From positions 746,036 through 810,035 of the forward strand of contig NW_018408703.1 of assembly GCF_002113885.1 (NCBI RefSeq): a DNA stretch of 64,000 nt, given 5' to 3'. Each line of letters opens with the position of its first letter. Position 1 is the first letter of the stretch. The notes beneath the pieces were generated by a model. That model was not told the DNA's origin, did not search any database, and saw only the letters and a list, made by a program, of their open reading frames with translations. The stretch comes from Mizuhopecten yessoensis (Eukaryota). The position numbers and the translations under genes are program-made. Of this stretch, positions 22,737 through 35,399 are shown piece after piece.

Positions 22737-25700
22737 CTGTCACATTTTGAAATCATAAACATAGAACTAATTAAGCATTTTTTCATTGATGATTATGCAG
22801 ACATTTGGATAAAATATTAAAGAAGGAACGATATCTTGAAAACGAATAACAAGAGTTTCCAAAAAAACAAGCATATTATATTTCATCAAAATAATCTGTC
22901 ATTGTTCAAACTGTCCTTTTTCTTTTTGGAGCAATCGGCTTTGCTTTCTTTTTTTCATTTCATTTTTGTTATGATTTGAACACTGTTGAATTAGCAATTT
23001 TCTGATCGCCAGAAGAAGAATGCTGCCTATCGCTTATTACATTACTCATCCATTTATCACTATATTGTTATACTAGGTAGCTACATTACTTATCCATTTG
23101 TCACTATATTGTTATACTAGTTAGCTACCTTACTCATCCATTTGTCACTATATTGTTATACTAGTTAGCTACATTACTTATCCATTTGTCACTATATTGT
23201 TATACTAGTTAGCACAAGATAGTTTTCTGTCAACAGAAACATGCAGTGATGTCTGCATAATTAGGGCATTTTATTCAAGGATGATAAAACGTAATCGTAT
23301 CGTGTGTGACCTATATGAATACTTCATGACGTCAAAGCCAAACTCTTGAGATGTTACCTCCTTTACATTTTTGAACCATTACTTAGAACACACTGTCCAG
23401 CGAAAACGATACCGCTGTGCTTGTTTTCTAAGAATTCAAGATTGTATACAGCCACATAATAACTTAGTAAGTTAGCGCTACGTCATTCGAGGAGTAACAA
23501 TCAAGTTTCTGACAAAAGAAATAAATATGTAATTTCCTGAGCCAAAATTAACGTTTCATTATGCAGTTGCCATATCCATTGAAATAGTTAACGTTATTTT
23601 ATATTACTCACCTTTGTCGATAATATTAAAAGTCGGGTGTTTTAGAAAGTGTTTAAATGATTTCACAGACACTAGGTCCTGTCCGAGTTCCCCTACTTCC
23701 GGTAAATCACTGGTAAACGGCTCCTTAAAATCAGCTGGCGTTCTGAGATGGTGGCCGTGATAGTTTGTTGCAAGATATTCCTCCTGTGAATATATTTATA
23801 TAATCAATATTTATCAATAACAATATACAGTCATGATATTGTTTATTTCGTTTTGTTATTGCAAATTATATGATTGGTTAAGAATTTTTGTTTATAATTC
23901 AAAACTACCCTCTGATATGCTTGGTCACATAGATAACGCGCATCTTTACCGGATATGGCATTCTTTTGTTGTTTAAATCGCCCTTTAAAAACAAAAAAGG
24001 AATTCGTTACCGGGAATGCACGATTTAAGACACATATTGACGCACATGTGTTAAATCATAAAGAACAAAATAATAAACTTACTAGAAGTACGAGGTAACT
24101 TAAGGCTGCACCTATTAAAAGTTTCAGTTTGTCGACGCAGAAATAAAAACAAAGAAAATAGCTCACTGTACTACATAGCTATTTAGTTTATGTATGTTTG
24201 TATTGATCTTAGGAAGGATAAACTAAAAAGAAAACTTGTATGCATGTTTTTTCATAACCTGGTGTTATACCGTCTTTTACGTTACGTATTTTCCTTTAAA
24301 TTTACCAAAAAAAATTGTCTTCATTCCTTAATTAGGTGAACGATAATATCAAACTGTATTAGACCACAAACATTTGGACGAGCAATTACAGAATGAGATG
24401 TTAGTACCAACATATATGTGGAAGTAATAATTGATAAAATATTCATATTGAGCTCAGAAAACTGATGCAATGACGCAATTAACGGACACAAGCGTTTATT
24501 TTACAGTAAAATTGAATTATTGGAGAGAAAGAAAAAAAAAATCATATTAAAATCTACGATATGTATTTTACTTTTTCTGATAGAGAAACACATGGTTTTG
24601 ACATCGTGTTTTGTTTTACTTTCTGGATATTTAACTCATTATTTAGATGTCGTCTCGAACTTGCTCACTGTTATTTTGACATATTTATGTTTTATTTCGA
24701 TGATATCATGTTACACATCTATTATCTTCAGATCAAGAATTTTTTCAGGGGGTGTCACTATTCCGGATTTCCAGTTTATTTTGCGACAAATGCTGTTTGA
24801 ACCATATGTCATGTTGCACAAAATTAAGTTAGATACTGGTCTAGGCTCTTTATTTTTTCTTGGGTCTATATCTAAATATTTCTTGATTTTCTTCTTTTAT
24901 TGTTTATAAGTAAAATGCCCGACTGGAATGAATAATTAATCGATTAATTCAATTTTGGTAATTCATTTATTTCAATTTTGAATTGTCCTTCTTGCAAACG
25001 TAACACATGTGCCCGGTGGCTACTACGGACCATCGACCATACCGGTACAAAGTCTGCATCATGGTTCGCTGAACCATTTAATTGATGCTGGGGTGTGGTA
25101 TCAATTAGTGTCAACACCGAGTTTAAACCTATTAGAGTGGAATGGGAGGGTGTGTGACTTAGACTGTGTAATACACAACTATAGAATCACCAGTCAAGAA
25201 CAAAAAAACACCATTTTTTAATAGGATCAATTCACACAATAATTGCAGCATATATACGCGCACTGAAACAAATTAAGTGCAGGACAGGGGCGTGTCACGT
25301 GCTCTGGTGACCCCCCCCCCCCCCCCCGCCCTTGGATCCGCCTCTGATATTGATCACATCTCTGTAAGTGTCAACACGTGAGAAAACGACAAGACCAAAG
25401 GATATTTAAATATATTATTATTGCCTTCTAGAATCTAAGCTTTAAATCAAATAAAGAATGTTAATCTTATTAACTTCAACTTAAACAAGTGTGTATCAAT
25501 AGTCATGTATCGTTTTCATTCATTGTTGCTAAATCAATAAATTCAGAAATAGGCTTCATCTTCAACAAAATAAGAACAATTTTAATGCAATGATGGCAAA
25601 TGAACATTTTTATGATATTCACCACTTAAGTATATATGTTTGCTGTTATATTTTGGCACTTTAAGAACAAAAAAAAAATACTTTCATCAATCTGTGAAAA

Positions 25701-28700
25701 GTAGTACCGATACATGACAGCATTTCTTTTGATGTATATTTGTAAGTTTTTAAATACAAATAAAAAATAAACAAAAGGGGGAAAAGGCAAAGTTAAATCA
25801 AATAATAAATATATAACACTTGTAAATAAGTATATTTATGTGTAACCACAAACCTGGGTTATTACACCTTCTCTTGCCATGTCAGACAAGAAACTAAACA
25901 GAAGTCTGGTTCCGTTTTCTACGTGTGACGCATCGTTGTTTTCCTCGTCGGATGACAAATTCATGGTAACAATAAAACCACCTGAAACATTGACATAATT
26001 TTTTAAAACTTTAAAGCTTGAATTGATTAAAATAATATCCATAGGCAATATGAATACAATTAGGAATCGTGTATATTTCTCGTACTTTATGTTTTGATTT
26101 CATATCCATATTGCCTGGAATTTTACTTAAACACTGTCAATGTGTTATCATCGATATAAGTACATGTTAAATGTATAGCAAATGCAATCTGCTCAAATAG
26201 TTTCACGGTGGGCGGTTCCTTTGACTGATTAAACATAAAAACAATTATTTGAAAACTGCGATGGTTTCATGAAGAAATACAAACGCGCTGAATGTTTGGA
26301 AGCCACTAGGCAGTAGGCCAGTACCTTTATACTATACAAAAACATCACGATTGGTTATTACACAAATCTTCCCTAAACTAAAACGTTACCCAGTTTTAAA
26401 TGCCACGACAAGTGTTACCTGAAAATATAAAGTTGTGCGTATAACACATGTTTGATTTTGTTTCCATACTTCAAGTTAAATCTCACGTTTCCATACTTCA
26501 AGTTAAATCTCACGTTTCCATACTTCAAGTTAAATATCACGTTTTCATACTTCAAGTTAAATCTCACGTTTCCATACTTCAAGTTAGATCTCACGTTTCC
26601 ATACTTTAAGTTAAATCTCACATTTCCATACTTCAAGTTAAATATCACATTTCCATACTTCAAGTTAAATCTCACGTTTCCATACTTCAAGTTAAATCTC
26701 ACGTTTCCATACTTCAAGTTAAATTTCACGTTTTCATACTTCAAGTTAAATCTCACGTTTCCATACTTCAAGTTAGATCTCACGTTTCCATACTTAAAGT
26801 TAAATCTCACATTTCCATTTCTTAAGTTAAATCTCACGTTTCGAGTGCTGTTGAATATGGTAAAAATCGATGGTTCTGTCATTCTATCATACCGCCACTA
26901 CATGTGTGGAAAAAATGGAATATAAATGTACCATGTACCAGTATGTATATATTGATTATGATGATGTCCAATGCCTTTTGCTACACTCTGACTGGTTTGA
27001 CTCGCCCTCACCTGGTCACTATTTCTACTAAAGCCTTTCCTTTTACTGATGAATGTAATAAGAGTTTCCTAAGATTTGGTAAATGTATTTGATCATGATT
27101 AAATAAAAAATCATTGTAATATTTTCACTTTTCTATATCTAAAAGTACTTTTTTTACGGATGTCCTCTGATTATCCTTGTTCCATCCTTTGTTTCCACGG
27201 CGTGGTATTTTGTCTATGTAGTTACGATTTACAAAAAATAAGACAACAAACGTCTCATACCAGGTTTTAGTTCACGTCCCCTTGAGATCACAAAAGCCCT
27301 CCAGTCAGCTTTCCCTTGTTCTCTAATCAAACGCGCTTCGTTTTCATCAGCCTCAGTCATGAATATGCCTTTTTTGATTCGACAAGCCCTAAAAATAATT
27401 GATAACATGCATTTACCATCTGCTATTAGAAAGTCAAATACCCTTGCAAAATTCAAGAGGGACATCAAAACTCACCTCTTCACGTCTGCATTTTAGGCTC
27501 TGCGCAAAGTCGTCATGTAAATGTGCACATTGCGATGATTATGTATAAAAGTGATTGTAAGCCTTTGTATTTGTTTCACAATTATAACTAATACTATTAG
27601 CCATATGTTGTAAAGCGCTTTATAGTAATTTTACAAATTATATAGGGCGCTATATAAATGTTGTATATTATTATTATTATTATTATTAAAGAACCAATTG
27701 TTTCATATAAACTGGTATTGCTTTAAATGATTGTTTTGGTAAAGTTTTAAAGTAGCGTTTTATATTCGACGAGCATTAGGAATTCTGCATACTCCAGTGA
27801 TGACAATTATAACACATAATCCATTGTCTATGACTGCATCGAAGCAACGATACAACCATATGGCTTTTCTACAGAAAAATATCAGTATATATAATAATGA
27901 TATGTCAGGAAAGTTTTCAACGTCACCCACAGTCTATCACTGCAGGAAACAACAATAAAATCACCAAACTGGCTTGCCACAAAATATACATCCTTTCTCG
28001 GTATTTATTATTAAGAAATACGACTTACTCCTAACTGTGAAAAACACTCTAAAAATCAAAAAAAAAATCATCTTTTGATATGATAAATTCCAAGAAACGA
28101 AACATTTCTTCTTAGAAAAGCATCTATTTTAATGATTTTATTGTTGTGCATAATAATATTCACAATTATGGCAAGTATTTCATGTTGGAGCCATGCAGCA
28201 TTATGTTAATACCAGACAGCATAATAGAGCATTGATTGGAATCACATTATTACACCACACCGAGAAATATACAACAAATACGATTTCCCGAATGTCATTT
28301 AATTGGTTCACCTAAAAGTTAAGCATTTAATTTGAGACGAAAGCACAGTGTCTAATGGGATAATAAAAATTACTGAGCTAAAATGTGTTGCCGAAATAAA
28401 TTATAACTGGTTTTCGTGACCGTCAATAAATAATCTGATGCATACTGTTTCGACAAATAATGTGTAGCTACAGAGGAAATCGCCAGGTCCAAAGAATGAT
28501 TAGGAAGACACTGTTCGTACATTGTCCTGGGTACTATCACTGGATAGACATTACTGCGGAGATTTGGTTCGTCGCCTGAATTACAAGATATTAGGCTAGC
28601 ATTAACTTCAACATCAACAAATGAAGTCGTCAATATCGTTTTGTAAATGTTCTCTAATGCTTACAGTGAGAAAAGTCAACGTAAAACTCGTTTTAAAAGA

Positions 28701-30579
28701 TTACAGCAGTGTTGGTTGCACCTGTGGTAGATCGTATGTAAATATATCGCGTCATTTTTATCAACTACGATAAAAACTGGATCGGGTAATTCACTAGTTT
28801 TCGAAAAGCAGCAATAGTAAACATTTGTAATATTCTTTAGCAAAAGCACATTGTCCGTTATGCCAAAACAATTATGATGCTTTTGCTCAGTTTCTATCCT
28901 TTGACTAACACGATATTAGATTAGTATTCATTTATCAAAGTTGTAATATGGTTTGCATATCATAATGTCCATACATTATATTAGGTTATAAATATGAAAA
29001 AGGCACTTTAAAGTAGACGCGCTTCTTAAAATGATAAAATGATAATAGTAAATAATGCAAAAGAATATGAAAATAATGATGTTTTTTCAGACGACAGTTT
29101 AAGATAGTGCCAATATTGAAAAGAATCTTTTAGCCTAAATTTTGTCCATATTGTTAATATCAAGCATTGTTATTATGTACAAAACCTTGGATGACTTTGC
29201 TTAAAAGATTGAAGTCGTTCATCGGTTGATCGTTGTAGTACACGACAATGGTTTGCTCCTTCCCCTTGTCAGTCTGTACGATATCTGCATAAACAATTAT
29301 TCACATAGATACTACTGTATAAAATGTATACTTATATGGTTTTATTCCTCTTCCAAAAATGAACTATAGACAAGAGAAAACACACAGCAGTATCACTCTT
29401 AGGTATTACGCGCAGAGACTTGTTAAGACTTGGACATATAAGCGCATGTAAATGTTCTCACAACATCAGGATTAATAAAATCTTTTACCTGTAACTGAGC
29501 GAGATCGGGTTATCTCAGTCGAGGGTTAAGATTCTGTAACAAAATCCCAAACGAGGCGTAAGCCGAGGTTGGGATGTTACAGAATCTTAGCCCGAGGCTG
29601 AGATAACCCGATCTCGCTCAGTTACAGGTATTTTTTTTTCTTTTCTCGCACCTTTTAGCTTGAAAGAAACTATTCAATTTTGCTAAAAACTACAAGTATC
29701 CCGCCTTGGGCCTCAAATGATAATGACCTCTTCACTACTAAAGCTACAATTGAATGCTTCCGCGTAAAAATGTAGTACGTTCTCACAAAGATTTCAACGT
29801 ATTTCACAGTGTAGATTATATCTATACATATAACGACAAAACAGAACATTAATAATGCAAATTGTCAATTTCAAGCATTTTACGCGCGGATGAATACATC
29901 GCAGTGTAAACATTCCGCGAAATGTCACGTAAAGGTACAAGACAGATCGGACGAGATAGAAAACTCTAGCATGGGGTAAAACGTGGGATATCTCTGTTTG
30001 AGGTACGAGAGAAACTTCTCTGGATAGGGTTGTCTCGACAATCAGACAGCATCCTCTTTGAGTCCGTCTTCTCTTCAAATTAACTTGAAATTATAGTTTG
30101 CGTATGCAGCTAACAACCTTCATGTATGACCTATAGGGACCACGGAACCAAATCAAAAATAGATTGTGGGTTTTCCCCTTTTGGGCAGAAGATTTAATAG
30201 GAAGTTGAATGCCTCTGGGCCTGCTGGTTGGATATTTAGGTGGCAGAAGTTTCAAAAGTTTTATGTGTGGGTTGAGCAATATATATAGATGTAATATGCA
30301 TAAAAAACCAAATTCAACTCTGCTTTTGTCTGGGTGAGTTTATTAAGTATGTAATTTGTTGTAAGTTTTGGTCGATTTTTGCTATAATTCATGCACGATT
30401 AGAAATTCAATTATCCCGACATGCAAATATTTTTATACTAGATCTAAGTGTATCATACATGTATTTACCTATCATTTCATTGATGAGAGAAAGAGAAGCT
30501 CGTCCATCTGCGGTTCCAAAATCTGCGAAGCTTATTGGTTGTGTTGCCTGGTATTTTGACCTTGAACTTATTATTCCTC
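22501..30579 (-). CDS. SABATH-family (Methyltransf_7) SAM-dependent carboxyl/N-methyltransferase; 5' end unresolved
   Basis: In-phase GT-AG exons: 30469 to about 30560/30579, 29186-29284, 28446-28575, 27261-27388, 25854-25981, 23612-23783, 22501-22736. SABATH motifs in the right order: FADFGTADG, NDQPMNDFNLL, LPNHSLDLAISSVATHYLS, DWRAFVISRGRELKPGG, LSDMAREGVITQEE. AATAAA on the minus strand at 22474-22479. Confidence 0.88.
23039..23213. repeat. 44-bp minisatellite, 4 copies
   Basis: Unit ACATTACTYATCCATTTGTCACTATATTGTTATACTAGTTAGCT. Confidence 0.95.
23612..23783 (-). CDS. SABATH methyltransferase exon
   Basis: EEYLATNYHGHHLRTPADFKEPF...IIDK. Confidence 0.85.
25854..25981 (-). CDS. SABATH methyltransferase exon
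   Basis: GFIVTMNLS...LSDMAREGVITQ. Confidence 0.86.
26461..26840. repeat. 27-bp minisatellite, 14 copies (intronic)
   Basis: Unit TTTCCATACTTCAAGTTAAATCTCACG. Confidence 0.97.
27261..27388 (-). CDS. SABATH methyltransferase exon
   Basis: EQGKADWRAFVISRGRELKPG. Confidence 0.88.
27413..27688 (+). mobile_element. 3' end of an L2-clade LINE
   Basis: LPSAIRKSNTLAKFKRDIKTHLFTSAF-stop, then TGTAAAGCGC...GGCGCTATATAAAT and an (ATT)n tail. Confidence 0.8.
28446..28575 (-). CDS. SABATH methyltransferase exon
   Basis: VYPVIVPRTMYEQCLPNHSLDLAISSVATHYLSK. Confidence 0.88.
29186..29284 (-). CDS. SABATH methyltransferase exon
   Basis: DIVQTDKGKEQTIVVYYNDQPMNDFNLLSKVIQ. Confidence 0.88.
29486..29630. 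repeat. 145-bp near-perfect palindrome
   Basis: 33-bp perfect outer arms TACCTGTAACTGAGCGAGATCGGGTTATCTCAG; centre CGAGGCGTAAGCCGAGG. Confidence 0.9.
30091..30260 (-). mobile_element. Possible Gypsy integrase C-terminal fragment
   Basis: GKTHNLFLIWFRGPYR resembles the GPY/F motif; weak. Confidence 0.25.
30469..30560 (-). CDS. SABATH methyltransferase exon (SAM-binding motif I)
   Basis: SKYQATQPISFADFGTADGRASLSLINEMI; acceptor position ambiguous. Confidence 0.75.
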
Positions 30580-33500
30580 CTAGATTAACACAATCAATCT
30601 TTCTTATAATCTAAAGACAAAAATTATACAACCTGAAATAATGCAATGCCGTATCTTTGAATGTCCCAAAGTAGTGGCGCTATGATTTTCGATATCCCGA
30701 TCGAGGAGTTGGAGAGAATTTCGTAAAGTCTGTACTTATTTGTTCGCGTAGCAAATCGTTTTGAATAATGACGAGTGAATTAGAACATATATGATTTAAA
30801 AAAAAAATATTGTGTAGCTAGTTGACTATGTATTTAGAGCTCTCAGCTACAAAATATATGAAACCCTTAGAACTCTTGGAGGCGGTTTGCAATGTCACAA
30901 AATAAAAGTGTTGTTATTAATGATTTGGTTGGGCAGCAGGCGACGCTAACATTGAAAAGAAATGTTACTCTGTTTCATTTTTATGTTTGTTTTAAATTCA
31001 AATTTCTTTTATTTCAGTAATGATATGAATTTAAATGCATTGTGTACGTTTTAATTTCCGGTAAATTGGGATCAAACAAATGATCATCAGGCATTCCGCA
31101 TCATATTTTCTTTAATGTTACCGACAAAGATATTCTTTTCACGGAACAATGGTGTAAAATGCAAGAAAACAATAATAAGTTTATATATCAATTTATCAGT
31201 GTTGCATTTCTACAGTAGTTTAGTTAATATTTAAGAAATTTCATTCAAGAATACTTGTTGTTCAGATCTTGGAAACAAATGAATTGGGCAACAGGCAAAG
31301 CCTATGAGTGTCTTCTCCTAACAGTAATAAACAGTTTACACACATCTTATTGTAGTAATGCTTGTGATAATTATTATTTTGAACATTGTTGATATAGACA
31401 TTAGATTATACAAACATCAGCCAAATGGTGCTTATAATAATTGCTAGTGAAAATTAGATAATACTTATCGTATGTACTATTTAAACTGCCGCATCTTAAC
31501 TTGTTTATTTCAAAAGCACTATTGTTATTTATCAAAAATAATATTGTTAAAAAATATGAATTCTATATTCAGGACATATCATGTGCGCTTTAAGAACAAT
31601 ATAATTTTTAGAAAATCGTACAAATACTGAGCTACACATTTCAATGTAAAACAGATTGGTTGTCATCGATATGATGTCATTGATATATGCACGAAGTAAA
31701 CAACTTAGAAGACGACATCAATAAACAATCATAGTGACGTCACAAACGATACAATATATTGTGAAAATCATTGTGCATTCAAGATGGGTTTGGGGGTATT
31801 TATAAACATTTTATGTATATATTTCTATAGTATATCAATTGTACAATACTAATTTTTATTGTGCATATCAAATCGGTAGATCATTATTTCTTACTTAGAC
31901 CTTCCACGATGACCGCACGACTGAGATTGCCGACATGGGCGTGTACTCTATACATATCGTCTACTTCGCCTCGAGGCCTGGTTATTATTTTCATTTTCGG
32001 GAAATAGCTGAAAAAACAAACAATAACGGATATCGTAAATAACAGCACCTGGAAAGCTGGTAACAAGCAAAAAAGCAACAAATAAAACGGGAGTTGGATG
32101 AATATGTTCGTTTTACTTACTCACGATGTCAGCTCTAAGCGATTAAAATATTATGAGAAATATGTCTTTGCAGTTTTTTTCTGTCGGCATCATTATGTAG
32201 AAGAGTGAAAGGCATTTGAAAATATGATTGCGAATGATTATGGATCACATTTTTAGAAACAAAGGAAAATAAAATATACCGATTATTAAATCGGGGATGA
32301 ATTGATGGTTACATCGTTGACAAGATCTGTGGATTTTCCAACAGACGTTTGTCATATTCAATCTGTTCAAAAAAAATGAAGACGAATTTATCAACCTAAA
32401 AAGAACGTCTGCTCGCGCCAGTTTACCACCGTAACTGGAAATAGTATCAACATAGAAGTGATTAGCGTAGGAAAAAAGTCCGTCATAAACAAACTAATAT
32501 GAAGTTACAACAATTGTTTACATTTGTCACAAACCGTGGATTTGCAATCGATGACCACTGAGTATAGAAGTGACTTTTTTTAAATGTATATATTTATAAG
32601 GTAGTAGTATATAGATGATATACAGTTTATCCCACAGTATTTTCAGTGTTTGTCGTTCGAAAAATTCACTCAGCGTTCGCACGGGGATAACGTCTCGAGT
32701 CTATCTGCGATGCAACGGATATAAATCGACGATTTGTTGTCTTCACATAGCAATAATCATATTGTAAACGTCGTTTATTCCTGCCTGAATTATTTGAAAT
32801 AAGGAGTATTTACCCTTCTTCATCATACATTTACCTCGATCATGACTTTAAACAAGACCAACAAGGACTGATCACTATAAGGTGTATGCTAGGAGTAAAG
32901 ATTTCGACTTTCCCTTTCATGTACACTATACCATATAACAATTATTTAAAAAAGACCGGTGTAAAAAAAGCACGGGTTCAGAATTCGATATATATTTGTA
33001 TGAGTTCGCTAGGCCTGTTAAAAATGCAAATTAATTTATAAGCAACATTATACCCGCTGCTTTCGTTAACTATTTCTGCTTACATTTATCTTATCCTTGA
33101 CATATATATTCCACCATATTGCATGTACATTTACTGCTTTATGTCCTCAATTAACGACTGAAATTACACATACTAGTACCTCGACATTGTCCCAGGAGTT
33201 ATTGAAGCTGACCTCGATGGTTAACTGCGGTAAAAAGTGTCTTTTCGGCCGTATCACTAACAATAATTTATGCCACAGAGCAACAAAAGATGCCCCCACA
33301 ATAATCAATTCATTCTCACTATGCAGAAACACACGCCGCTTTAATTATTTTTCATTGTTCAACCTACTTTATTCCCTAGGCCGTGCGGCCCATAAGTTAC
33401 CAATAGAAAAACATAAATATGTACAATATATAAAAACAAACGGAGAGTGAATCATAACGAAGTGTTTACATGCTTAAATTAAACAATATCATAACTTTCC

Positions 33501-33806
33501 TTTCAATTTATTATTTATTTCCTTGAATGCCAAATGTACAAATTTTCCCGTTTTATTTAGTTCTTTAACACTTGATAGCTGAACTAGCTTGAATTAATGT
33601 GAAGATAATATTGATACTAAGAGATGGACAAAATGGTGTCACGTTCTTCACTAAAATTGTTAGCGGGACTTCACGTTCGATGAAACCTTGGTGTGCATTA
33701 ATTATCCTACATTGTATGTCGGTTAAGTGCTGACTGGTAATATTTGCAAATTTAAACATGGATTATGTTAATTAATAAATAAATAAATCAAAAAATATTT
33801 AAAAGA

Positions 33807-34899
33807 AGAAGAGGCCCAATGGGCCAGTATAGCTCACCAAGAATTAATCTCACACGAGTATCCTTAAACGAGGACCCATTGCCAAATACATAAAATCGGG
33901 CTAAATTAGGCACCAGGCCAAACGTCACCACCAAGGATTTTGGTTATTAAGGATAAATAATAATAATAAATATTGTAATAAATATATTATTAACGTGTCA
34001 CACATTTCAATACATAGCTGTATCATTAAAATACTTTTTACAATGTTTAAGAACTATACATTAGAAATGACCAGCCAGTGTTGACCTATGAGCCACCATT
34101 ATCACAATACTACGTACAGTGTAATACATTTCACACTTATATTTAAACTATTAGCGTATTAAGATATTTCTAGATTTAATCCATTAATTTAAACATTATC
34201 ACAGAGTGTACATATACTTACTATATATATATATATCATTTAAACTATTAAGCGATTTAATATATTGCTAAAAAGCAACTAGCCATTCAAGTATTATCAC
34301 AGTATACACACAACAATAATACAGTTAAAACGATTCAAATATTCATTAAGATCATTTACAAGAGGAATTGTTTTAACGTGGGTTTTTTTAAAACATTTGA
34401 CTCATTTGGTGTTGATAGTGGGTCAATATCATCATGGTGGGCTTTTCAGTTTTTCGGGCCATGCGACCTGAAAACAAAAAAAAACAAAGTTGTTGCACAC
34501 GCTTTTAAAAATTGTGTAGAAATAGTTCTGAAAGCTCCTCTTCGTCCAAACTTGAAAGTTTTCGTAGTCATTTCACATAATTGATTGTTTTATAACACTT
34601 AACTCATTTTAATAAAAATAACTCTTTAATGAATTGTGTATAGATAAAGACAGACTGAAAAGTCAAATAAGGATGAAAGAAAAAAATAATAGCCCATGAT
34701 TCCATTAGCAAAGTTATTATGTTTTTACTGCTATTGTTTTTTTTTATTGTAACGGCATTACGAAGAATAATGCATAGAAATTAATGAAAACATATAATGA
34801 AATTAATTTGAATCAAAACTTCAAAATATATGTCCAAATAATGAATGCAAAGTCTAACCAAAGTCAGTAAACCAACAGAAATAGGTCACAGTGAGCTAC
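33807..34899 (+). mobile_element. Helentron-like (HINE) remnant
   Basis: AAGAGGCCCAATGGGCC...GCTCACC head and GTGAGCTA near 34899; right boundary uncertain. Confidence 0.35.
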
Positions 34900-35399
34900 A
34901 TTTGATATATTGGCGAATTACTTCTTACTCCTCTTGTCAATTTTGTTGTTATGATTGTTTATGACTCTTGTAATGTGTCTTGTTAATGATAGGCTTATTA
35001 TTAAAGCAATCAAATATTTGTTGAAGTCCTGCATCTGGACTTAGTGAAACAGCTATATATGCTGGAGTTTATTTTTAAAGTTTTCTACTGTACAATAACA
35101 TAATTCACGCTTATTTTCTGCTCCAAAGAACAAGTTTTGTAATGCTACACCATTGAAAGTGATAGTCCCAGAGAATGGTACATGTAACACGAATCGTAGA
35201 TATGTCTTAAACAAAATCTCAAATGAACCCATGACCAGCTGGATATATATATTATCTTTATTTCCTCCAAATTGGAGAGCATGATACAATGATAGTACAT
35301 GAATAATACATTATTTACAAAATGACAACAATTTTTTTCCATTTGTAAGACATTATTATAATAATTATTATTACGTATATAAGTCAAACATTCTTTTTA

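Noticed and set aside
26415-26925. 155-157 aa repetitive ORFs on both strands
   Set aside because: Products of a stop-free 27-bp intronic minisatellite
32834-33332. Upstream coding exons of the methyltransferase
   Set aside because: Donor-like sites exist but no frame resembles the family; cannot be supported
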